27,057 nucleotides of DNA, taken from positions 1 to 27,057 of the IMG/VR virus record IMGVR_UViG_3300021560_000710; one strand, written 5' to 3'. Made by a program: the position numbers and the translations under genes. This DNA is from a virus. Its lineage: Duplodnaviria; Caudoviricetes. This document shows, piece after piece, positions 9,891-17,315 of the stretch (position 1 is the stretch's first letter; each line of letters begins with the position of its first letter). The notes under the pieces are model-generated. The model was not told the DNA's origin. It searched no databases and saw only the letters and a list, made by a program, of their open reading frames with translations.

Positions 9891-11191
9891 GGAAGCTATT
9901 TGCACTGCTGGCGTTCCTGCTCTGGCCGACCCTGAGCTGGGGCGCGGGCTGCACCATCACGGGACAGGTCTTTAATCCGGACGGTACACCCTTGGTGAAC
10001 GGGACCGTCCAGTTCAACTCCATCGTCCAGCAGACCCTGCAGGGCAACGTCACCATTCCGCCGACCCAGATCTCCACCACCACCGACTCGACCGGGACCA
10101 TGAAGCCCATCTCCATCGTGCAGGGCCTTCAGGGTCAGTTCGTCTTTTGCTCCCCGGCCCAAGGCGGCTGCGGGAACCCGACCCCGGTCCTCATCCCGGT
10201 CGCCTCGACCGCCAACATCTCGGCCATCCTCATCGGCATCCAGCTCTCGAGCGGCGGCAACGTCGTTGCCAGCTCTTTAAACGTGACCGGGAACTCCACC
10301 ATGGGTGGAACCCTAACCGTGACCGGCCAAACGTCTCTGGGGGCACTTACGGCCTCGGGAGCCACTATCCTGCAGAGCACCTTGGCGGTCACCGGAGCCG
10401 CAGGCTTCTCGACCATCACCGCCAGTGGGACTTCTACCCTTGCCGGGGTGACGGCCAGCTCGCTCAATGTCTCCGGAGCCAGTTCGCTGACCACTCTGGG
10501 GGTTACCGGGGCGACCACGCTGGCCGGGGCGACGGCCACCTCCCTGACCGTCAGCGGGCCGGGACAGTTCACCAGCCTCGGAATCGGAGCTGCCCCGGTC
10601 TGGTCGCTGGACGTTCAGGTCAACCAGAACGCGGCCACCAAGGCCCATGTCCTGAATAACAGCTCGGGCACCGGAGCTGCCTCGATGCTCGAGGCCGACA
10701 ACGGGGGCTGCGTGACGGATGTCGGGGTCTTCGGGACCGGAGCCACCCCGAGCGGGTCGCCCTTCTATGTGGCCAACCGCAACTTCCTGTTGGGTGGATG
10801 CGGCCCCGGCCTCCTGATTCAGGCCTCCGGGCCCAGCTCGATGCTCTACCTGTCGGCCCCCAACGGCAACAACGTGGACGTCTTGGGGAATAACCACTTC
10901 GGCATTTCCCGCAATGGCGTGGGTCCGGGCCCCACCGTCAGCGCATGCGGGACCAGTCCCAGCGTGACCGGCACCTCAACCGACAATGCCGGAATCGTCA
11001 CCGTGGGCAGCAGCGTCTCCAACTGCACCATCACCTTTGCCGCAGGCTTTCCGAATATCCCGGCCTGCACCTGTTCCACCGTAAACATCGGGACGTGGTG
11101 CGTGGCCAACCCGAGCACCAGCGGACTCAGCCTGACCTTCGGCACGGCTATAACTGGCAATGCCAGTTGGGTATGTATGGCCCTATTATGA
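9887..11191 (+). CDS. Tail-fibre-like protein 3 with signal peptide (434 aa)
   Basis: Start ATG 9887 (ATGA): MRKLFALLAFLLWPTLSWG|A. ITGQVFNPDGTP N-domain resembling lambda Stf-type fibre N-termini; L.VTG.T.L beta-helix-like repeats. Confidence 0.8.
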   Translation: MRKLFALLAFLLWPTLSWGAGCTITGQVFNPDGTPLVNGTVQFNSIVQQTLQGNVTIPPTQISTTTDSTGTMKPISIVQGLQGQFVFCSPAQGGCGNPTPVLIPVASTANISAILIGIQLSSGGNVVASSLNVTGNSTMGGTLTVTGQTSLGALTASGATILQSTLAVTGAAGFSTITASGTSTLAGVTASSLNVSGASSLTTLGVTGATTLAGATATSLTVSGPGQFTSLGIGAAPVWSLDVQVNQNAATKAHVLNNSSGTGAASMLEADNGGCVTDVGVFGTGATPSGSPFYVANRNFLLGGCGPGLLIQASGPSSMLYLSAPNGNNVDVLGNNHFGISRNGVGPGPTVSACGTSPSVTGTSTDNAGIVTVGSSVSNCTITFAAGFPNIPACTCSTVNIGTWCVANPSTSGLSLTFGTAITGNASWVCMALL

Positions 11192-11439
11192 AAACTCTCG
11201 CCCTAGTTCTCTGGATACTCTGCTCTGCAGTCGCGGCCTATGCGCAGGCTGCTCCACCCCAGATTCAGCAGCCACCCACGGCGGCAGACCTCGAGCAGCA
11301 GCTCGAGGCGGTCGGTTGCAAGGCCGAGCGGCAGGCGGCAGCGAGCACCATCGTGCAGCTTCAGAAGCAGAACCAAGATCTCCAGAAGCAGATCACCGCG
11401 AAGGATCCGCCACCCAAGTCGGGAGCAACCAAGCATTGA
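11188..11439 (+). CDS. Small secreted coiled-coil protein (83 aa)
   Basis: Start ATG 11188 (ATGA): MKTLALVLWILCSAVAAYA|Q; heptad pattern IVQLQKQNQDLQKQI. Confidence 0.7.
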   Translation: MKTLALVLWILCSAVAAYAQAAPPQIQQPPTAADLEQQLEAVGCKAERQAAASTIVQLQKQNQDLQKQITAKDPPPKSGATKH

Positions 11440-13505
11440 AGAGCTGGCTCTGGATTCCGCTGGCGTTCTTGTTGATGGGGCAGGCCACGCCCACGGCCAC
11501 CCCCACCCCGACTGGACCCACGATGTGCAGCGTCACCGGGAGCGTCGTCAACGCCGACGGAAGCCCGTTCGTCAACGGTGTCATTACCTTCAATAGCAAG
11601 AACATTCAGGTCATCAACGGAGTCCCGGTAAACCCGACCAACGTCACCACCAACACCGACGCCAGCGGGGTTATCCGGGCTATCTCGCTCCCGCAGGGCC
11701 TCGTGGTGCAGGTGACGGTGTGCCCCCCGGCGCAAGGTCAGGGTCAGCCCGCGAACTGCTCGGCCCCGTTCTCGGCCTTCATCCCGTTCAGCACGAGCGC
11801 CAGCTTCGGCAACTTGTCGCAGGGCACCTCGCTGTCGCCGCCCAACCCTCCCGGCTCTGCACCGCAACTCATCGGCTATAACGCCAGCAACGCGGTGACC
11901 GCAGCGACCCTTGGAGGCGACATCAGCCTCGCTGGGATTGCCCCGACGTATACGGCCACCGTGCTCAAGCTCAACGGCCAGACCCCCGGCGGGGCGTGCC
12001 CTGCCAATCAGTTCACGAGTGCAATCTCAACAAGCGGAGTGCCCACTTGTTCCGCGCCTGCGGGGAGTAGCATACCGACCGGACCCTTTCAGACCCTGCA
12101 ATCTAACGCATCGAATGCGTCGGTGTGGAATAGCAACATCGCCATTGGTATGCCCGTGGCGACCCCCACCGCTGGGCAGAACACTGCGCTCCAGATCGCG
12201 TCTGCTGGGTCTACTACATGGGCGGGAACCTCTTACACCAACAACGGCGGCGTCAATAACCAAGCAAATGCATGGGGCGTGAAGAACCCGCCGCTGACAT
12301 CAGGCACCGGCCTTTATGCAGCGTATTACGCCAATTACTGCGACCCCGCACTGGGGAACGCTTGCACAGGCCCCAACGATTTCTACATGGTGATGCAGGC
12401 CAACGGGGCGGGATCGACCATAGCGACACCGTTGTCGGCAGAGCTTCAGACCGTCGCTCCCGCCGGTTTGCAGATCAACAATCTCGCTGCCAACAGCAAG
12501 CTGAGTATATACAGTGGGGGTTTGATCACAATCACCCCCAGCGGTGGGGCGCAACTGGCACAGTGGCGCACGGGCGGGTTGGACATCGGCAGCACCACGG
12601 TCGGGGCTGATGCGATAGATGTGACCGGGGCCGGATCATCTGAACTCATTTACGTTAAAAACACCGGCACCAGCACCACTGGTCAGGCCGGATTCGGCGC
12701 GACCAATAATGTCAGCGGCGTTAACCTCTGGCTCAATCAAACCGGCCCCAATTACACAGGCAGCACCGTGGGACCGAATACCGGCTACCTGTACGCGGAT
12801 CGCGGGCTGGCGCTGCTTTCCGGCCAGAACGACGGCTCGCCCATAACCATGTGGGTCGCAGGCGCCAAGATGGGAACTCTGAGCAACACGGGCGGGTACG
12901 ATGAACTGATGTTCACTGGTGGCGGAATAAATTCCGGCGCGATGCCCAACATGAACTACGTCGCCGGGGCGCACGTCAACGCCGCTGGGAGCTGGCTGGC
13001 GGATGCGACCAGCGCGAATATCATCAATGAGTACAGCGCGACCATCGGGTTCTATGCAGACACAGGCCTCACTGCGGCCAGCACCTTTTCGCCAACCCTG
13101 CGAGCAAAAATTGATTCCGCTTGGAATGAAGTCACTTTCACTCCAGTGCTTTCGTTCGGTGGGGGCAGTGTGGGCATCGTCTACACGAGTCAGGGTGGAG
13201 AGTGCTGGAGTTTTTCAAGATTCGCCTACTGCGAAGGTGTAGTCACTCTTTCCAGCAAGGGAACCTCCACAGGTAACGTCAAAATCTGCAATCTGCCCCT
13301 TATTCCCAGTGGCGCTGGCTGGATGGGTGGAACGGTGAATTACTTCTACGGATTCACCGGCTTCTTGGGTACGCCGACGTTAATAACCAACAGCGATGGT
13401 TGCGTACAAGTCGGTCAGGGCAATCCGAATGGGTTCGTCGCTGCTACTGATGCCAACTTTACGGCCACCTCAAACTTCCAGTTTTCAGTCTACTTCGTTC
13501 AATGA
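11436..13505 (+). CDS. Tail-fibre-like protein 4 with signal peptide (689 aa)
   Basis: Start reassigned to TTG 11436 (TTGA overlap, GGGAG upstream): MKSWLWIPLAFLLMG|QATPTATPTPT. N-domain paralogous to fibre 3; C-domain (FTPVLSFGG...YTSQGG...NLP) paralogous to fibre 1. Confidence 0.8.
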   Translation: MKSWLWIPLAFLLMGQATPTATPTPTGPTMCSVTGSVVNADGSPFVNGVITFNSKNIQVINGVPVNPTNVTTNTDASGVIRAISLPQGLVVQVTVCPPAQGQGQPANCSAPFSAFIPFSTSASFGNLSQGTSLSPPNPPGSAPQLIGYNASNAVTAATLGGDISLAGIAPTYTATVLKLNGQTPGGACPANQFTSAISTSGVPTCSAPAGSSIPTGPFQTLQSNASNASVWNSNIAIGMPVATPTAGQNTALQIASAGSTTWAGTSYTNNGGVNNQANAWGVKNPPLTSGTGLYAAYYANYCDPALGNACTGPNDFYMVMQANGAGSTIATPLSAELQTVAPAGLQINNLAANSKLSIYSGGLITITPSGGAQLAQWRTGGLDIGSTTVGADAIDVTGAGSSELIYVKNTGTSTTGQAGFGATNNVSGVNLWLNQTGPNYTGSTVGPNTGYLYADRGLALLSGQNDGSPITMWVAGAKMGTLSNTGGYDELMFTGGGINSGAMPNMNYVAGAHVNAAGSWLADATSANIINEYSATIGFYADTGLTAASTFSPTLRAKIDSAWNEVTFTPVLSFGGGSVGIVYTSQGGECWSFSRFAYCEGVVTLSSKGTSTGNVKICNLPLIPSGAGWMGGTVNYFYGFTGFLGTPTLITNSDGCVQVGQGNPNGFVAATDANFTATSNFQFSVYFVQ

Positions 13506-13690
13506 AACTCGCATTCGCAATTGCACTCACGCTGCTCGCGGCTGTCGCCTACGCGCAGTCGAGCGCCACTCCGACGCCAGCTCCAATGTGGGCGCAACCG
13601 ACTGCCACCCCGACAGCAGGACCGGCGGTGACGCCCAGTCCGCTACCAGCACCACCATTGCCGTGGGCTAGCCCTGCAACCAAGAGGTGA
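13502..13690 (+). CDS. Small Pro/Thr-rich secreted protein (62 aa)
   Basis: ATGA overlap; begins MKLAFAIALTLLAAVAYA|Q. Confidence 0.7.
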   Translation: MKLAFAIALTLLAAVAYAQSSATPTPAPMWAQPTATPTAGPAVTPSPLPAPPLPWASPATKR

Positions 13691-13693
13691 ACT

Positions 13694-13984
13694 ATGGGAA
13701 CGATCCCGACTACGACGCTGCCTAAGGTCCAAGGCGAAAACGACGCCTCGGCGGTGCTGCGCTTCGACACCAGCGCCCGCTTCTACCTCGGCCTCTTCAT
13801 CATCCTGCAGTTCGTCCTGCTCATCGCCTATATCGTTTATCGCGGCGCGGCCCTGCCCGACAGCCAGCTCATCCTCGGCGCGGAAATCGGCTTTGTCTCT
13901 GTGGTCTTGCAGTATTTTTTCGGGAGTTCATCCGGCTCCGTTACCAAGTCCGCAAAGGAGGGGCCGACGCCACCACCTAAGTGA
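13694..13984 (+). CDS. Putative holin (two transmembrane segments)
   Basis: GAGGTG RBS; two hydrophobic segments; the VLQYFFGSSSGS motif is common in phage holin-like proteins. Confidence 0.6.
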   Translation: MGTIPTTTLPKVQGENDASAVLRFDTSARFYLGLFIILQFVLLIAYIVYRGAALPDSQLILGAEIGFVSVVLQYFFGSSSGSVTKSAKEGPTPPPK

Positions 13985-14313
13985 GCGACGAGCTAGAACT
14001 CGCCGCGAAGGAACCATGGTGGGCGAAAGCACCCGCATACTTAGCCGTGGCAATAGTGGGCGTGCCTTCCGCGATTGCCTTGGCGGCGGGCTGGTTCATC
14101 GCGAACAACGTGACCTATCGGCTCAAGCTGCTGGAGACTTACGACTTGTCGATCCTGAGCACGCTGAGTCAGATGAGTACCAAGAGCAACCAAGATATCG
14201 ACTCACTGGAGGGGTTCATGCGCGCGACCTTGCGGGCGGCGCAGCAGAACTGCCTCAACAACGCCAAGACCGTTGAGCAGCAGCACAAGTGCGTGCAGGT
14301 TCCGGACCCGTAA
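13981..14313 (+). CDS. Single-TM membrane protein (possible lysis accessory)
   Basis: GTGA overlap, AAGGAGG upstream; one long hydrophobic segment; C-terminal Cys pair (C-x12-C). Confidence 0.6.
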   Translation: MSDELELAAKEPWWAKAPAYLAVAIVGVPSAIALAAGWFIANNVTYRLKLLETYDLSILSTLSQMSTKSNQDIDSLEGFMRATLRAAQQNCLNNAKTVEQQHKCVQVPDP

Positions 14314-14397
14314 CCGTCTCCACCGTGAACAGGTTCCAGCGCCGCAGGTTGGCGAGGTGTTCAGGGGTGACGCGGCAGCGATAGCGCCCGTCGATCT

Positions 14398-14598
14398 TTA
14401 TCGAGACGAGACGACTCTCAGGTGGCGGGTTGCCTTCTTCTTTGGATACCATTTCTTTCGCCAGTGCGATCTGACTATGTAGGCACGCACCCGGATGTCG
14501 TCACTGCGCTTTTTGCCTACCATAGGCTCGAGCAAGTCCTCGAGCGTGCTGGTTATCGACCGGCCCCCCTTGCCGTCAATGATGTCCTGTAAAATCAT
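14398..14598 (-). CDS. Hypothetical basic protein (66 aa)
   Basis: ATGA coupling to the upstream minus-strand gene. Confidence 0.5.
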   Translation of the reverse strand: MILQDIIDGKGGRSITSTLEDLLEPMVGKKRSDDIRVRAYIVRSHWRKKWYPKKKATRHLRVVSSR

Positions 14599-14999
14599 CG
14601 TTTGGTCTGGTCCTCGATTAGATCGAGATTAGGCATCTTTCCCTTTTCTTTTAACTCGGTGAGCTGGGGCACCGCGAACTCACCAAAGGTCTGCCCGCTC
14701 GGAAGGACGATGTAGGGCAAGAACTCGGTTTCAAAGCTCGTGATCTTGCTCTCCACCGCTTCGAGCTTGGCCTTGATGGTGAGGCAGAGCGCTCGCCAGC
14801 GCTGGCGCTGGTCCTGCTCGTTCTTGTTGGGCAGGGGCAGGACGAAGCGGACCATCCAGTTCGACACCCGGAACTGGACCATCGCGCGGCTGTCGGCCAT
14901 AGCCGTACCAAACTGGTCCGCCTTGTACCGCTGGAGGATCTGCTCGATCTCCATCCGACTCTTCGCGATGGGAACCTTGGTGCGCGAGGCGTATCTCAC
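14595..14999 (-). CDS. Conserved phage hypothetical protein (134 aa)
   Basis: Start GTG 14999 overlaps the RusA TAG, with a GGGAG RBS. Motifs YA..T.V...KSR.EIE and RQRWRAL.L.IKAKLEAV...I.SFE.EFL recur in phages. Confidence 0.75.
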   Translation of the reverse strand: MRYASRTKVPIAKSRMEIEQILQRYKADQFGTAMADSRAMVQFRVSNWMVRFVLPLPNKNEQDQRQRWRALCLTIKAKLEAVESKITSFETEFLPYIVLPSGQTFGEFAVPQLTELKEKGKMPNLDLIEDQTKR

Positions 15000-15490
15000 T
15001 AGAGCAGCTCCCTTTGTCCCTCGATGGCGGGCTGTGCCGCGAGCGGATAGGCGCGCTCGTTCACCTCGATCTCGACCCGTGGCCTTTCTGAGTACCACTT
15101 GCCGATATTGAGTTGGACTATCTGCGCGTCATCGAGCCACGCCACCCCGGTCAGGGAATCACAAATGCTCTTGCTGTAGTTATCCGCGTCTGGCCGCGTG
15201 GTCGGTCGGATGGTCCCGTTGAGTGCCCACGCCTGCTTGGCCTTGGACATCGACTTGGGCACTGGCAGGTAAACCCGGATGTCCACCTCGAGCATCCCCG
15301 CCAGCGGGGGCTTGCCCTTCATCTGGGTAATGGCCAGCTGCTTGGCGGTGATCTGCCACTTCCTGACTTCCGCCGGGGTGTACATCGAGACGTGATGGCG
15401 CTTGCGCAGGGCCATCGGAAGGGGAGGGACAATAGCCCCTTGAGGTGGCCGCTGCGCTTGCGCGAACCCGTCGATGCATATCCGGATCAG
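14999..15490 (-). CDS. rusA: RusA family Holliday junction resolvase
   Basis: RPDADNYSKSICDSLTGVAWLDDAQIV and K.YSERPRVEI motifs. Probable CTG start at 15490 (the ORF track starts at ATG 15415). Confidence 0.9.
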   Translation of the reverse strand: MIRICIDGFAQAQRPPQGAIVPPLPMALRKRHHVSMYTPAEVRKWQITAKQLAITQMKGKPPLAGMLEVDIRVYLPVPKSMSKAKQAWALNGTIRPTTRPDADNYSKSICDSLTGVAWLDDAQIVQLNIGKWYSERPRVEIEVNERAYPLAAQPAIEGQRELL

Positions 15491-15735
15491 AGCTGTAGCC
15501 TCCAGCGCTCGTGGATCTCACGCAGTCGGGTCCGGTGAACGTCGCCGAGGGGTGCTTCGGGCGATGCGGAGGCTCCGTTGCCGTGGGTTGGCACCAGCAG
15601 CAGCACTATTTCCGCCATTAGTGCCAGATCCTTGCCCAGCTCGTGCGCCGCCTGCAGTGCGGTCTTCAGCTGCTCTTTTTTCTTGCTGGACTTCTTCTTT
15701 GCGGGCTTCTTGGTTGGCTTTTGCTTCTTCGGCAC
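15487..15735 (-). CDS. Lys-rich hypothetical protein overlapping the nuclease 3' end
   Basis: GTG start after GAGAGAG; its TGA overlaps the proposed RusA start. Confidence 0.45.
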   Translation of the reverse strand: MPKKQKPTKKPAKKKSSKKKEQLKTALQAAHELGKDLALMAEIVLLLVPTHGNGASASPEAPLGDVHRTRLREIHERWRLQL

Positions 15736-16693
15736 GTTTCACACTCTCTCTGAGATTCGCCTCGAGGTTCACCCCCAAGTCTACCGTTGCCAGACCTTTC
15801 CCGGCGCAGATGGACCAGTACCCGCAGAACTTCGGCGAGCATCCAAACCAGTCAGTCCGGGGGACGAAGATCCGATGGTCAATGGCCTTGGCCATGTTGC
15901 CGATGCGGTTTAGGTGGAACTCGATCTGCTCCCTCGAGCGGGTGGTGTGGAGCGACACGGCCTGCGCCTGCTTGGTCTTGACGATGACGTCCATCGCCAG
16001 CCCCTTCTCCACCTCCTTGGTCTTGAGGCGGCGCGCTATCGCGTACTGGGTCAGGTCCACCAGCTTGTCCGCGTCGAGCTGCTGCGGACTGGAGGCCCGC
16101 GTCTTCAGCTCCCTGATGATGCCCTTGTCGTCGGTGATGTCGATGATCGAGTCGAGCTGGTAGGCCGCGACCAATTCCCGGCCCTCGTTCTCCAGCTCCG
16201 CAACCTTGGCAATGGCCTGATCTCCCGCATCCCGCCACTCCGGACCCGCCAGCGTGAAGATGAGGTTTTTCTCGACTCCCTCCAGACTCTTCTCCATGAC
16301 GATGAGGTTCCAGATCTTCTGCTCGACCGCCGCGCGGTTCTCGGGCTGGACCTTGGGCGCGATCCCGGCGGCGTGGGCCCGCACCATGTCCACGCCTTGG
16401 TCCTTCATTGCCGCCGCGCTCTGGCCGGGGTCGAAGACCACCTCCTCGGCCTTGAGCCCGTCCTCCCACGTCTGGGCGAAATAGTCAGTCTGGTCCGAGA
16501 GCGGGAGATCCTTGCGGCTGTCGGCCTTCTGCTCGAAGTTGTGGGCCGCAGTCTCATGGATGCCCAGCCCCAGCTTCATCGCCCCGCTGGGCGGGATTTT
16601 CTTGCCTTCCAGATACCGCCACACCCACCGCATCTGGCAGTCGTTGGCGAAGGTGTTGATCTGGGTCTTGGAGAATCGGTGAATCGGAATCAT
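15518..16693 (-). CDS. PD-(D/E)XK exonuclease, RecB/Cas4-like with putative Fe-S cluster
   Basis: N-terminal S.TQI...C...W...Y, G.GIHE and IDI..D..I.ELKT motifs; C-terminal CSPKFCGYWSIC (1+3 Cys); close to RecT; ATGA coupling at 16693. Confidence 0.85.
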   Translation of the reverse strand: MIPIHRFSKTQINTFANDCQMRWVWRYLEGKKIPPSGAMKLGLGIHETAAHNFEQKADSRKDLPLSDQTDYFAQTWEDGLKAEEVVFDPGQSAAAMKDQGVDMVRAHAAGIAPKVQPENRAAVEQKIWNLIVMEKSLEGVEKNLIFTLAGPEWRDAGDQAIAKVAELENEGRELVAAYQLDSIIDITDDKGIIRELKTRASSPQQLDADKLVDLTQYAIARRLKTKEVEKGLAMDVIVKTKQAQAVSLHTTRSREQIEFHLNRIGNMAKAIDHRIFVPRTDWFGCSPKFCGYWSICAGKGLATVDLGVNLEANLRESVKRAEEAKANQEARKEEVQQEKRAAEDRTAGGARAGQGSGTNGGNSAAAGANPRQRSLRIARSTPRRRSPDPTA

Positions 16694-17100
16694 GGTTTCC
16701 ACACTTCCTGCCGGTTGCCGGTCCCGGCCTTCTTGGATTTGACGAGCCCCTCTTCCTCGAGCTTGTTCATCGCGGAGTATACCGCCGCGTAGCCGTGGCC
16801 CACCGCCTTGGCTTTCTCAATGATTTTTGCCTTGGGGGTCGGCTTGTTCGAGATATGCCTCAAGAGCCACGGCTTGAGCTGGTCCTTGGTCCCGTTGGGG
16901 CTGCTTTCGAGTACGCGGCTCAAGGCGCTGCCCAGCACCTCGCGCGCCAGCGTGATCGTTCCGATGTGCTGCGCCGCTGCGGCCTGCCGCTTGGGATCCA
17001 GAGCGAGGCGGGCGAGGCCGTCCTCGGGCACCAGCTTGGTCAGGAGCGCGTCGAGCGCAAGCAGCTCGCGCCTCAGTTCCTGTTGGTTCTCAGGGGTCAC
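16690..17100 (-). CDS. Hypothetical protein with a possible C-terminal winged HTH
   Basis: Coupled on both sides; KAKIIEKAKAVGHGYAAVYSAMNKLEEEGLV pattern. Confidence 0.6.
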   Translation of the reverse strand: MTPENQQELRRELLALDALLTKLVPEDGLARLALDPKRQAAAAQHIGTITLAREVLGSALSRVLESSPNGTKDQLKPWLLRHISNKPTPKAKIIEKAKAVGHGYAAVYSAMNKLEEEGLVKSKKAGTGNRQEVWKP

Positions 17101-17315
17101 GCCTTTGCGCTCCTTCGGTTGTCATATTCCGCTGGCGGATAAAGGTCGGGGCGCAATCTGTATCGTGGCACCTTGGTCAACCGCTCGAGTTCAAGCACCC
17201 GTGTTGGTGGGGTCCGTTTCCATTTCTGGACTGCTTGATAAGGGATTCCCATTAGCCGACCTAGCGCCACCAGCCCGCCCGCCCGCTTCACCGCCTCCTG
17301 TAACGCTGCGTCCAT
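17097..17315 (-). CDS. Cro/YdaS-like HTH regulator
   Basis: A...AGG..ALG..MGI.YQAV.KW...P..RV..LE..T.V.R..LRPDLY signature. Confidence 0.88.
   Translation of the reverse strand: MDAALQEAVKRAGGLVALGRLMGIPYQAVQKWKRTPPTRVLELERLTKVPRYRLRPDLYPPAEYDNRRSAKA

Noticed and set aside
9887-9955. Lipoprotein signal in fibre 3 (WGAGC)
   Set aside because: The -3 residue does not fit the lipobox, and the equivalent Cys in fibre 4 follows a Thr/Pro linker, so it is more likely a domain Cys; not fully excluded.
11160-11435. N-terminal extensions in the ORF track (11160; also 6979, 9450, 9869, 10945)
   Set aside because: They overlap upstream genes out of frame; stop/start-coupled starts give clean signal peptides instead.
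5117-13505. Diversity-generating retroelement or invertase shufflon acting on the fibres
   Set aside because: No reverse transcriptase, invertase, near-identical TR/VR pair or inverted cassettes seen in the window; the repeats are diverged at DNA level.
14255-14452. 65-aa minus-strand ORF
   Set aside because: Overlaps both flanking genes, with no clear RBS or motif.
15518-16693. Cas4-like nuclease as evidence of a CRISPR system
   Set aside because: No repeat-spacer array or other cas genes seen; the RecT context fits a recombination exonuclease.
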